Part shown: positions 40,983-50,516 of the stretch, one piece after another | Layout of the letters: every line of letters starts with the position of its first letter | Numbering within the stretch: position 1 is the stretch's first letter | Origin: Vulcanimicrobiota bacterium | GTDB taxonomy: Bacteria > Vulcanimicrobiota > Vulcanimicrobiia > Vulcanimicrobiales > Vulcanimicrobiaceae | Assembly (NCBI GenBank): GCA_963777315.1 | Contig: CAVZQC010000001.1 | Location: 64,001-128,000 of the forward strand | Reading direction: 5' to 3' | DNA: 64,000 bases | The notes under the pieces: model-generated | Databases searched by the model: none | Seen by the model: only the letters and a program-made list of their open reading frames with translations | Told to the model about the DNA's origin: nothing | Translations under genes and position numbers: made by a program

Positions 40983-41198
40983 CTACGTTCGCCTCGCTTC
41001 GCCGGCGCGGTAACGATACACGATACGGCCCTTGGTCAAATCGTAGGGTGAAACCTCGACGTCCACGCGGTCGCCCGGGAGAATCTTGATGCGGTGCCGG
41101 CGTAGGCGGCCGGCGATATGCGCCAGGATTACGTGCCCGTTGTCCAACTCCACGGAAAATGTCGTGCTCGGGAATACTTGCTTAACGCTGCCGTACAC
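40983..41198 (-). CDS. infA: Translation initiation factor IF-1 (true start probably upstream)
   Basis: F.VELDNGH..LAHIAG.LR...[24 protein letters not shown]. Confidence 0.93.
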   Translation of the reverse strand: MYGSVKQVFPSTTFSVELDNGHVILAHIAGRLRRHRIKILPGDRVDVEVSPYDLTKGRIVYRYRAGEARRT

Positions 41199-41294
41199 CT
41201 CGAGCGGCGACTCTTTTTGGTCTAGATTGGAGTGGCGGTTCTGAATGGTTGCGTGTCTCTTTGGGCGCGTGGGGTGAGATACTGCCGGAGTGTC

Positions 41295-43883
41295 TCATAT
41301 TTCCGCCCCCTCGACAAGCTTATCGGGATTGCGCCGAACCGGCAGCTCGACCGTGACGTGGTTGCCGTACCCGGCCACGTGCTCGACGTGGACGTCGCGC
41401 GCCAGACGCCGCACGATGAACAACCCGCGCCCGGACTCGCTCAGCGGATCGCCGGGCAGGCCCTCGGTTAGTTCGAAGGGGCTTCCGCGGTCGATCACGT
41501 GCAGCGTCGGGAAATCCGCGACCCAATCCAGGTCGATATCGATGGGTCCCGGGGAATGCCGCACGACGTTGCCGACCAGCTCGCCGAAGATGAGCTCCGC
41601 GATACCGACCTGCGCTTTTTCGCTTCCTCGTTCGAGCAAATATCGCACGAATTGACCGCGCGAATCCTGGGCCGCTCTGGCGTTCTCGGCATCGAACGTC
41701 CAGCGGACGGACGGTTCGAACGAGACCGTCAGCACTGCAACGTCATCGTCCGAACGATCCGTAAGGCACGATTCTTCGATGAACCGCGCCGGGTCGTGCG
41801 TATGCAGCAACGCTTGCGTTTGGACCACTTCGCGCAAACGCCGGTATCCCGCCAGCACGTCCCGCGTAGCTTCCACCAAACCGTCCGTGTACAGCACGAG
41901 CATGCGCGCCCCGCCCAGATCCGCTTGAACGGCCTGCGCCGGTTCTCCGCGTGAACGCAACCCGAGCGGCAGGCCGTCTGCACGCAGCTCTTCGACTTGC
42001 CGGCTGCGGCGCAACAACGGATGCGGATGTCCGGCGTTTCCGTAGCGCAGCGTGGTGCGGCCGGGATCGATGATTCCGAGAAACGCAGTAACGATCGCTT
42101 CGGGATACCGCCGCGCGAGCACGGTTTCCACGGTGTCCAAAATGCGCGCCGGATCGCGCTCGTACGACGGCGCGATGGCGATCAGATGGCGCACCTTGCC
42201 CATGATGACCGCCGCGTCCGTGCCGCGGCCGGTAACGTCGCCCACGCTGATGACTACGGAGCCGTCCTCCAGCGCGAACGCATCGTACCAATCTCCTCCG
42301 ACTTGTTCGCCGGTCGCGCTGGGCAGGTAGACCGCATTGAATCGCAGCCCTTGGAGAGACGGAACCGAGGGGGGCAGCAGCGACTCCTGCAGCGTTTGCG
42401 CTATGCGCCGCTCCCTGTCGAACACTTCGGCGTTCTCCATCGCCACCGATGCGTGCCGCCCGACCTCGGCCAGAATCTCAATCTCTTCGGCGGTGAAGTT
42501 TCTCGTACGGTCCGATGAGTACGCCACGATCGCGCCGTACGTCGTGCCGCGCGAGTGCAGTGGAATCGTCACGGAAAACGCAGCATCCAGCGCGGCAATC
42601 TCGTACGCCAGATACGGCCACGTCGAACGCTCAGCCACGCCGGGCCGCAGGCTGCGCGCGATCGTTTTGTGTCCCTTGAGACCTGCGATGAACTTTTTTT
42701 CGGCGTCGGGATGAAACGGCCGCACGCCCACGAGCGCGCCCGCCACGTCGCTTTTGGCGGGATCGCGGTGCGCTGCGGCCAACACGCGAACGCATTCGCC
42801 GCGTTCGATTCGGGCGATTGCCGCGAAATCGGCAAACGTCGAAACGATCAGCTGCGCGAGTTCTGCGAAGGTGGCGCTCAAATCGAGCGACTCGTACACG
42901 GCCTGGGTCGCCCGTCCGATAAACTGCAATCGCTGCTTCGCGCGCTGCTCGCGGCTCATCAACCGCCGCCCGGCGATGGCGGCGGCAGCGCGTTCGGCGA
43001 GCATGCCTACCACGTCCAGGTCTGGTTTTCCGAACGCTCTACCCGATTCAGCCGTATACAGTATGACGCCTCCCAGTACGGCGCCCTCGGCGTGAAGCGG
43101 CATCACGATTGCCGAATGCATTCCCAAACTGCGCAGCAGCCGCAGATGTTCTTCATCTCGCGCAGATTTGACGAGCATCTCGTCGGTAATCTCGCTGTAG
43201 AGCACCGGCTGGTTACGTTCGAGTAAGTCGGTAAGGTTTTGGTCGTCGGCTATAGGATAGCGTTCGACGTACGACCAGACTTCGCGTAATTTCTGCGGGT
43301 CGCGATGTTCGAGCGATGCCACGGTGTGGCGTCCCAATTCGTCGGTCAATACGACGACGCACCAGTCCGCAAACCGCTGCACGGCCAAACGAGCAAATTC
43401 GTTTGAAATTTCCTGCGGCGTCGCTGCCGAAGCGAATAGGCTCGAGGCCTGCAGCACGAAATTGAGATTTTCGTTGGCGCGCTTTTGCGCATCGATATCG
43501 GTGGCGGTGCCGACCCACATGCGCACGGTGCCCGCGCTGTCGCGCATGGGCAGAGCGCGCGCGATGAACCACCGGAACGTTCCGTCGCGAGCGCGGCGAA
43601 GCCGGTATTCCATTTCAAACGGCGTATTCGTTTGGACCGCCTGATTCCAGCGTTCCCACATCAAAGCAATGTCGTCGGAATGAACGACGCCTTTGTAGCC
43701 TGCGCCGCGCGACTGCTCGACGGTTTGGGCGGTGTAATCGATCCAGCGATCGTTAAAGAACTCTACGGTGCCGTCGGGCGCAGCCGTCCAGACGAAATGC
43801 GGCAGCGCGTTGGCCATGCTCGCAAACGCCGCGCCGCCCGCTTCGAGTGCGAGCGAAAGCGCGTTCAGTTCGGCGCTCGACAC
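41295..43883 (-). CDS. PAS-GAF-GAF-SpoIIE(PP2C)-HATPase (RsbW-like) signalling protein
   Basis: PAS (VHSDD, EYRLRR.DG.FRW), two GAF domains, VGGDWYD, GDVTGRG, NAGHP, YTDGL, DDVA, and C-terminal GELVGNVVRH..ESGRGL. Confidence 0.9.
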   Translation of the reverse strand: MSSAELNALSLALEAGGAAFASMANALPHFVWTAAPDGTVEFFNDRWIDYTAQTVEQSRGAGYKGVVHSDDIALMWERWNQAVQTNTPFEMEYRLRRARDGTFRWFIARALPMRDSAGTVRMWVGTATDIDAQKRANENLNFVLQASSLFASAATPQEISNEFARLAVQRFADWCVVVLTDELGRHTVASLEHRDPQKLREVWSYVERYPIADDQNLTDLLERNQPVLYSEITDEMLVKSARDEEHLRLLRSLGMHSAIVMPLHAEGAVLGGVILYTAESGRAFGKPDLDVVGMLAERAAAAIAGRRLMSREQRAKQRLQFIGRATQAVYESLDLSATFAELAQLIVSTFADFAAIARIERGECVRVLAAAHRDPAKSDVAGALVGVRPFHPDAEKKFIAGLKGHKTIARSLRPGVAERSTWPYLAYEIAALDAAFSVTIPLHSRGTTYGAIVAYSSDRTRNFTAEEIEILAEVGRHASVAMENAEVFDRERRIAQTLQESLLPPSVPSLQGLRFNAVYLPSATGEQVGGDWYDAFALEDGSVVISVGDVTGRGTDAAVIMGKVRHLIAIAPSYERDPARILDTVETVLARRYPEAIVTAFLGIIDPGRTTLRYGNAGHPHPLLRRSRQVEELRADGLPLGLRSRGEPAQAVQADLGGARMLVLYTDGLVEATRDVLAGYRRLREVVQTQALLHTHDPARFIEESCLTDRSDDDVAVLTVSFEPSVRWTFDAENARAAQDSRGQFVRYLLERGSEKAQVGIAELIFGELVGNVVRHSPGPIDIDLDWVADFPTLHVIDRGSPFELTEGLPGDPLSESGRGLFIVRRLARDVHVEHVAGYGNHVTVELPVRRNPDKLVEGAEI

Positions 43884-44653
43884 GAATTCTCCAAATGCCG
43901 AACCTGCGGCGCCAAATCGCCGATGAGCGCGCGCAGGCTCGTTTCGAAACGCTCGAGGTTACCGTTGGTCACGCAGACGAGCCGGCCGCTTCCGGCGGTG
44001 ATATCCAGGCGTTCGACTAAAGCCACCGCACGCTCCGCCTGCATGGCGGCGGGATCGACGATTGCGACGCCGCTATCCAGCGCCGCGCGAAAATGCTCGA
44101 AGAGCAGCGGATAGTGCGTGCATCCCAGCAGCACGGCGTCCACCGCGCCGGGCAGCAGGGCGCAAACGCTCTTGACGGCGCTTCGCGGCTGCGCACCGGC
44201 CAGATGTCCCGCTTCGACCAGTGGAACCAGCGCGGGTGCGGCAATCTCGAAGACCTGAGCGGCCGGCACGCGAGAGTGAATTCGACGAGCGTACGCGCCG
44301 GTTCTAGCCGTTGCCGCCGTCGCGATCACGCCGATGCGTTGAAACCCGCCGCGCTCGACGGCGATGGCGGCCGACTCGATCAGGTCCAACACCACGGCGC
44401 GCGACTGCGGCCATCCGAATTCGGACGCCGTCGCGCAGGTGGTATTGCACGCCATGATGATCGCGCGAACGCCTTCGTCGTCCAGCCATGCCAAGTTCCG
44501 GCGTACCAATCCCAGCAGATCGGCCGCCGATCGATCGCCGTATGGAACGTGCGCCTGATCCGCAAAAAACAGCACGTCGTGCGACGGCAGCACTTCCCGG
44601 ACGCGGCGCAGGACGGTAAGCCCGCCTAAGCCCGAATCGAAAAGCCCAAGCAC
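43865..44653 (-). CDS. murI: Glutamate racemase
   Basis: FDSGLGGLTV, PYGDRS, ACNT and LLGCTHYP. Confidence 0.95.
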   Translation of the reverse strand: MLGLFDSGLGGLTVLRRVREVLPSHDVLFFADQAHVPYGDRSAADLLGLVRRNLAWLDDEGVRAIIMACNTTCATASEFGWPQSRAVVLDLIESAAIAVERGGFQRIGVIATAATARTGAYARRIHSRVPAAQVFEIAAPALVPLVEAGHLAGAQPRSAVKSVCALLPGAVDAVLLGCTHYPLLFEHFRAALDSGVAIVDPAAMQAERAVALVERLDITAGSGRLVCVTNGNLERFETSLRALIGDLAPQVRHLENSCRAPN

Positions 44654-46491
44654 TATTCGCCGCCGGCGTTGCCCGGCGCGGGCGGCGGCCCGGCATAGTC
44701 GGCAATTCCGTCGGCGATGGCCAGCGCGATTTTTTGCCGCCACTGGGGCGATTGCAGCAGCGCGCGATCGTCCGGGTTGGAGATGAACGCCGTTTCCACC
44801 AGCGCGGCAGGCATGTTGGCGTGGTGCACGACGTACAGCTTGTCCTTGACGGTGCCGTCGTCCGCGATGGCGCCTTCGGATGCGATGCGGCGATCGAGAG
44901 CCTGCGCGAGCGCGAAATCGATCGGCTTGTAATAGTACACCGTCGCTCCGTGCGGCCCGGCATTCATGAACGCATTAACGTGAACGCTCACCAGCAGCCG
45001 AGCCCCGTTGTTGTTTGCGATGTCGTCGCGCGCCTGCAGCTCGTCATCGGCCGAATCGTTCGGAGCATACACGTCCTTGTCGGTTTCGCGCGTCATGATC
45101 ACTTGCCAGCCGCGTGCCACTAAAATATCGCGAAGGCGTTTGGACATGTCGAGCGCAACCGTTTTCTCCACTACGTCGCCCCGATACGATCCCGGATCGC
45201 TGCCGCCGTGGCCGGGATCGATGACGATGAGACGAGGGTTTGCTGCAACGTATGGACCGGCCGCGGGACGCGGCGAAAACTTCCAGCGATTGCCGGAAGC
45301 CGGTGGCGAAACGTTCGCAACTGCGGAGTCGCCGATCGTTCCCGAGCCGGATCGCGGCGCCGCAGCCGATGCGAGCGCGCTTGCGACCCCGATCGTTACT
45401 CCGCCGGCATCGGGCGTTACGGCGACGGAGTAAAAGTCTGCCAGCGACAACGCTACCCGCACCGTGTCGGCGCTTTGCTGATGCACGCGAATGCCCGTTA
45501 CGGCGTCGTTTCCCGGACGGTCCGAGGGCGGATTGGCCAACCGCGCGCCGTGAACGTCGATCCACCATCTGTTGTCCGGCGGCCGCAAGCGATGCCAGCC
45601 GTACGAAGCGTTGCCGCTCACCGCGATGCGTACGACGGAACTGCCGTCTTGCGATTGCAACTGTACCGACGTTACCTGCGCGCCGCTGGTTTGCACCGCG
45701 GACGGCGCCGGGGCGCCTTGCGCCGGCGATGCACCGCTAGCGCCGCCGAAGGCGAGCGTGAAATCGCGCTGATCGTCCGTGCCGGGTGCGGAGTGCGCAG
45801 TGCCTGCGGCAACGTACAGCGTCGCGAGCGTGCGGGGATTTTCCGGCGGACCTTCGGTTCGAATATCTATGCGCCGCACCGGCCCCGCCGAGGTCGTCCG
45901 GGAAGACTGCAGCGTGCTTCCGACCCCTTCGAAAGCAATGACGATCGCGCCGTTTGCGTCGGAAACGATCTTGCCGTCGAGCGGCATCCCGCCGCGCGCG
46001 ATGAGTTTGGCTCCGTGCGAGTCGGCCGTGACGTCGATGGAAGTCAGCTGCGGCTGCAAAATGCCCTGCGCGCCGCGGTTCTTCTGCGCTAAATCCAGCG
46101 CGCCGAGCAGTTCGTCGAATGGAACGTACGCGTGTCCGCCCAAAACAAACGGCGCAAATGCGGCCGTCTGCGTGACGGGACCCACGTCGTAGCGGCGATC
46201 GCCGATTGCAAAACTGACGACGACGGGTTCCGCCGTCGTCACGAGCACGTAGCGCTCGCCGGGCTGCCACGTTACCGTCGCGCCAATCGATTCAAACAGC
46301 GCTTTCAGACCAGGATCGTCTATGGCAACCGCCGGGCCGCCGGGCTGCGCGATTAGCCGATCGAATTCAATGGTTTTGCCTTCGAACGTGAATGTGGTTC
46401 GCGCGCCGGCCGATGCGGCGCCCGTCGCGAATCCGGCAACGGCGAGCGCGAGTGCGAATATGCTACCAATCCGAACGGCGTAACGGCTCAT
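44653..46491 (-). CDS. N-acetylmuramoyl-L-alanine amidase (Amidase_3) with N-terminal stalk and AMIN-like domains
   Basis: Signal peptide; IVIDPGHGG.DPG, EK, MTRETD, LVSVHVNA and PAALVETAFISN. Confidence 0.92.
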   Translation of the reverse strand: MSRYAVRIGSIFALALAVAGFATGAASAGARTTFTFEGKTIEFDRLIAQPGGPAVAIDDPGLKALFESIGATVTWQPGERYVLVTTAEPVVVSFAIGDRRYDVGPVTQTAAFAPFVLGGHAYVPFDELLGALDLAQKNRGAQGILQPQLTSIDVTADSHGAKLIARGGMPLDGKIVSDANGAIVIAFEGVGSTLQSSRTTSAGPVRRIDIRTEGPPENPRTLATLYVAAGTAHSAPGTDDQRDFTLAFGGASGASPAQGAPAPSAVQTSGAQVTSVQLQSQDGSSVVRIAVSGNASYGWHRLRPPDNRWWIDVHGARLANPPSDRPGNDAVTGIRVHQQSADTVRVALSLADFYSVAVTPDAGGVTIGVASALASAAAPRSGSGTIGDSAVANVSPPASGNRWKFSPRPAAGPYVAANPRLIVIDPGHGGSDPGSYRGDVVEKTVALDMSKRLRDILVARGWQVIMTRETDKDVYAPNDSADDELQARDDIANNNGARLLVSVHVNAFMNAGPHGATVYYYKPIDFALAQALDRRIASEGAIADDGTVKDKLYVVHHANMPAALVETAFISNPDDRALLQSPQWRQKIALAIADGIADYAGPPPAPGNAGGE

Positions 46492-46981
46492 CGATTTCAA
46501 GATGTCCCCCCGGAAGCGTATCGAGCTTCTGCCCTTGAACGCGGATGGCAACCTGCGCGACTCCGGGCAGCGCCGTCAGCGTCCAAACCAGCGATTTGAA
46601 CTCCGCGCTCTCACCCAGCATCCCGGCCTGGTTCTTCACCTGCGCCGATAGATCGACCATTGCGGTCGAATCGTTAACGTCGGCAGTCAGGACGTGCGTT
46701 CCGGGCGGAAACCGGACCGCCGGAACCGAGCTCGGCGGCCCTGCAACGGCTTGCGTTGCCGCATAGACGGCGGCATTGTGCAGATGCTCCCGGGCGCTTT
46801 CCCCCGGCTGCTGCGGGCGCATCGAAACAGTCCACGGCACCATGGTCCTTCCGTCGGGTTTGGCGTAATAGACGGTGATACGATCGCCCACGCTACTGGG
46901 CCGATGCGAGGTCCAATACCAAGCGATGATCGCGATAATCGCAAGAACAGCGATCCACAATACAACGCGCGACGTTCTCAC
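46463..46981 (-). CDS. GerMN-domain membrane-anchored protein
   Basis: N-terminal TM; FPPGT.VL, A.VDLS, SLVWTLT.LPGV.QV.I.V.G and LPGGH. Confidence 0.85.
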   Translation of the reverse strand: MRTSRVVLWIAVLAIIAIIAWYWTSHRPSSVGDRITVYYAKPDGRTMVPWTVSMRPQQPGESAREHLHNAAVYAATQAVAGPPSSVPAVRFPPGTHVLTADVNDSTAMVDLSAQVKNQAGMLGESAEFKSLVWTLTALPGVAQVAIRVQGQKLDTLPGGHLEIDEPLRRSDW

Positions 46982-47017
46982 GGGCCAAAACCTTCGTCGC
47001 GTTACGGAATGCGGCCT

Positions 47018-47569
47018 TTAGCGTTCTTCCGACACCGAAGAGTCTTGCTCTTCGCCCGTCTCGCGCTCGGCTTCTACCAGCGCTTGCGCGGCCTCGTGCA
47101 CGTCGGTGGCTTCGCGCAGCGCCGTGGGTTCGTCGGTGGTTTCGATCTCCGGATTGACGCGCCGCAAGTCTTCGATTGCGTTGAGCGCCTCGGTGATCTT
47201 CCTATCCTGAATGACGGCCAGCTGCAGCATGAGGCGCGCCCGCTCGCGCTCGACCGTGCCCTGCGTATTTTGCGAGCTGAGAACGCCGATCACCAACAGC
47301 AGGCTCACGAGTTGCGCGACGGTATTGAGCAGTCCGAACGTTTCTGAATCGAACCGCCGGTGCTGCGCGCGAAGGATCAAGTCGGCGACCACCCAAGCCA
47401 AAATGAAAACGACGACGGCGAGGATGAAGCGGGGGCGCCCGATCCGGTCCATCAGCGCCTGAACCGCTCGCTCGCGCGCGGGCAGCCGGCGATGGCGCTG
47501 CGTGCGCAATTCGTCGATCGCCTGCGCGGCCTCGCGCACGTGATCCGGATAATCGCTTTGAGAACTCAC
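47018..47569 (-). CDS. DUF1003-like membrane protein
   Basis: IG.P.FI...W, FD...FGLL and VL.SQN, followed by a coiled coil. Confidence 0.7.
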   Translation of the reverse strand: MSSQSDYPDHVREAAQAIDELRTQRHRRLPARERAVQALMDRIGRPRFILAVVVFILAWVVADLILRAQHRRFDSETFGLLNTVAQLVSLLLVIGVLSSQNTQGTVERERARLMLQLAVIQDRKITEALNAIEDLRRVNPEIETTDEPTALREATDVHEAAQALVEAERETGEEQDSSVSEER

Positions 47570-47581
47570 GGCGATCGGAGG

Positions 47582-47944
47582 CTATATTCCGTGAACGTTA
47601 TGCAGCGACACTCCGTACCATATCGTGAACACGATAAAAATCAAACCCAGAAGGCTGATGGCCCAGCCCACGATGCGGTACCGTTCGGGCCCGCGGTCGA
47701 CGACGCGCCGTCCGACGATGTAGGCGAACATCGCTATCAAGGCCGCGACGATGTGAATCCACAGCGTGGCGGGCAGCGGCGTGTGCGATGCTCCGGCCAA
47801 TGCCGTAACCAGTATTCCAATGAGTATCTGTATGCCGACGACCGTTACCACCACGCGCCGGCCCAATTGCACCCAACCGATGAACAGTCCCAGCAAAAAC
47901 ACGAAAAACGCAAAGCCCAAGTGAATTTCCAACAGAGCGTTCAT
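47582..47944 (-). CDS. Hypothetical 4-TM membrane protein
   Basis: Four hydrophobic segments with intramembrane His residues. Confidence 0.65.
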   Translation of the reverse strand: MNALLEIHLGFAFFVFLLGLFIGWVQLGRRVVVTVVGIQILIGILVTALAGASHTPLPATLWIHIVAALIAMFAYIVGRRVVDRGPERYRIVGWAISLLGLIFIVFTIWYGVSLHNVHGI

Positions 47945-48010
47945 GCTCGCTGCTTTTGGGAAGGCGCGCTTCATTCCCTTGAACGCCGCGACGGCGTCCC
48001 TACCTTACCG

Positions 48011-49987
48011 CTAATCGAATCGAATCGTGAGAATCGCTAAGTCGTCTTGCTGCGGCACGTGTACTACCGCGCGTTCGAGCGCGCGCGCAGGCGAGGCGGC
48101 GCGCGCAACGGCGTCCGATCGCAATGCGTTTACGATTTCGCGTTCGGCGCCGATGACGTCGCGGCTGATTTCGGTCAGGCCGTCGGTGTACAGCACGAGC
48201 AGCATGCCCGGCTCGATCCCCAATTCGCGGTTGTCCACTTCGCATTCGGACGTAACGCCGAGCATTTGGCCCGAAGGCAGCAATTGCTCCACGCTTGCAT
48301 CCGCGCGGCGTACGAACGGCGGCGGATGGCCTGCGCCGGCGTACGTAAGCCGCGCTGCGTTGACCGGAATGACTGCGACCCAAGCGCTCGCGAAGCGGTC
48401 GCCGCTCTCGACGAACAGCGAATCGTTCGCCAGACACAAAATTTCGGCGGGATCGACGGTTCGCACGCTCGCAACGCGGATCGCCTCACGCAACTGCACC
48501 ATCGTGCGCGCTGCGTGCACGCCCGTTCCGGCCACGTCACCGATCGCGATCACCACCTCTCCGCGTCGAGTTTCGAAGACGTCGTACCAGTCGCCGCCCA
48601 GTTCCACGTCGTCTGACGCGGGCCGGTACAGCGCGTCGAACCGCACGCCGGGGCGCAATGGAAACCCCACCGGCAGAAAGGCGTGCTGAAGCGTGGCAGC
48701 GATGTGCCGTTCGCGAGTATACAGCCGCGCGTTCAAGCAAGCCGACCCCGCTCGCCGTCCGAGCTCTTCGGCAAACTCCAGATCGGAATCGTCGAAGTCG
48801 CGGTCCTCTCCGGTGAGCACGAAGGTCAGCGCTCCGAAAATTTCTCCGTTTGCCACCGCAGGCACTACGATCAGTGCGCGATAATGCAGGCGCTGCATGA
48901 ATTCGGCATGGCGTTTGGACGCGGCATGCGCAATTATGACCTTGTCATCCATTCGGCGCACGAAATACGAGCGTCCCGTTTCGGTCACTCGGACGGTGTG
49001 ATGCACGCGCAATTCCCGGTCGTACACCAGCGCGCCGACGTCGAGCAGCTCTCGCTCGCACGCCGGATCCCGGTGCGCGGCCGCAGTCGAATACAAGCGT
49101 TCTTCCGGACCCTCGAGCAGATCGAAGATGCAGAGATCGCAGAAATCGCCCACGGCAAGTCTGGCTACGTTCCCCAGCGTTTCCCGAATATCGAGCGACC
49201 GGTGAAAAATCTCTCCCGCGCGCACGAGCAGTGAGAGGCGCTGCTCGATCCGCTTGCGTGCGTCGATGTCCTGAGCGGTAACGACGAACCGGTGAATCGG
49301 GGCGGCCCCTTCGTTGACCGCACGCACGATCCCGCGCATCCAGCGATACGAGCCGTTCGGACCGCGCAAGCGAAACTCGAACTCCGCCTGATCGCCGTTT
49401 TTCGCGCGAAACTTGGCCGCATCGACCGCTTCGAGATCGCCGGGGTGGACCAAGCGCTGCAGAACGTCGGCAGCGACCAACGCATGTACGTCCAGGCCCG
49501 CAAACTTCAGAAACGACGGAGAAACGTATTCGGCTTTAGCCGACAGTTCGTCGTGGACGAAAACGAAATGCGGCCCTTCGGTTAAAGCCGAAAAGACGCG
49601 CTCGCGTTCGTCGACGTCCGTGGCGGTGAGCAGCAGACGTCGTTCGCCGCAAGCGAGAAGCATGTCGCGCACGCGCAGCAAAAACCACCTGTAGCCGCCG
49701 TCATGCCCGCGAAGCCGAGCCGTGAAGCCGTGCAGCAGCGTAAGATTGGAGCGGGAATGCCAACCCGCCGCTTGTCGATCTTCGGAATGAATGTACGCGT
49801 ACGCTTCGCAGTGTTTTCCCGGTGCCCACGGCAGCCCAAGGTAGGCGGCTGCGGCTGCGTTCCAATATTCAGCCGTGCCGTCCGCATGCGCAAGCCAAAC
49901 GAGATGCGGAACGGAGTCCGCAACGGCTTGAAACGCCGAATCGCCCGCTTCCAGTGAAGCGCACGCATCCCGGCGCGAGGTTTGCAT
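48011..49987 (-). CDS. PAS-PAS-GAF-SpoIIE (PP2C) phosphatase
   Basis: Two PAS/PAC domains, GAF, LGGDWYD, GDVAG.G, GAGHP, YTDGL and DDLA. Confidence 0.9.
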   Translation of the reverse strand: MQTSRRDACASLEAGDSAFQAVADSVPHLVWLAHADGTAEYWNAAAAAYLGLPWAPGKHCEAYAYIHSEDRQAAGWHSRSNLTLLHGFTARLRGHDGGYRWFLLRVRDMLLACGERRLLLTATDVDERERVFSALTEGPHFVFVHDELSAKAEYVSPSFLKFAGLDVHALVAADVLQRLVHPGDLEAVDAAKFRAKNGDQAEFEFRLRGPNGSYRWMRGIVRAVNEGAAPIHRFVVTAQDIDARKRIEQRLSLLVRAGEIFHRSLDIRETLGNVARLAVGDFCDLCIFDLLEGPEERLYSTAAAHRDPACERELLDVGALVYDRELRVHHTVRVTETGRSYFVRRMDDKVIIAHAASKRHAEFMQRLHYRALIVVPAVANGEIFGALTFVLTGEDRDFDDSDLEFAEELGRRAGSACLNARLYTRERHIAATLQHAFLPVGFPLRPGVRFDALYRPASDDVELGGDWYDVFETRRGEVVIAIGDVAGTGVHAARTMVQLREAIRVASVRTVDPAEILCLANDSLFVESGDRFASAWVAVIPVNAARLTYAGAGHPPPFVRRADASVEQLLPSGQMLGVTSECEVDNRELGIEPGMLLVLYTDGLTEISRDVIGAEREIVNALRSDAVARAASPARALERAVVHVPQQDDLAILTIRFD

Positions 49988-49993
49988 GGCGAA

Positions 49994-50401
49994 TCAGCCG
50001 GCGCGGCGTCGCCGCAGCGGAAGCACGGCGCGAACGGTGAAGCCCCCGTCTCGGCGCGAATACGACACGTGCTCGCTCACTTCGCGCACGATAAATAGGC
50101 CTCGGCCCGACTCATTGCGTTCGTCGGGAACCAGATTCATGTGCCGGTCGCTAAAACCGCCGCCCGCGTCCGTCATGCAGAGCGCAAAACGTTCGCCGAC
50201 GGGCTCGAGCCAAACACGCACGCCGCCGTCGGGAGCATGCTTGATGACGTTGGAGAGCAGCTCGCCGAAGATGAGCGAGGCTTTGAACAGATCCCCATCG
50301 TCGCAGTGGTTGGATAGATAGCGTTCGAGCAGCCGCCGTCCTTCGAGAGCGTCTTCCGGTGCATCGGTCTCGAAATACCAGGGATGCTGCGCAACCGCCA
50401 T
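49994..50401 (-). CDS. RsbW-like anti-sigma factor / Ser-Thr kinase (HATPase_c)
   Basis: GELLSNVIKHA, D.GGGF and ESGRGLFIV. Confidence 0.85.
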   Translation of the reverse strand: MAVAQHPWYFETDAPEDALEGRRLLERYLSNHCDDGDLFKASLIFGELLSNVIKHAPDGGVRVWLEPVGERFALCMTDAGGGFSDRHMNLVPDERNESGRGLFIVREVSEHVSYSRRDGGFTVRAVLPLRRRRAG

Positions 50402-50516
50402 GTCGCCGTCATTTTTCCCCGGTACATTAGCCTTAAGCAAAAAACGCGACACTACTTCATTAAAAGAAGGGCGGGAAGCCGACCGCCGACTATGCTTGCG
50501 GCACCTTGCTCCGCGG

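Noticed and set aside
41295..41297. Selenocysteine or stop readthrough fusing the SpoIIE protein to IF-1
   Set aside because: The frames coincide, but this has a one-in-three chance. There is no Cys-equivalent position, no recognisable SECIS and no plausible fusion function.
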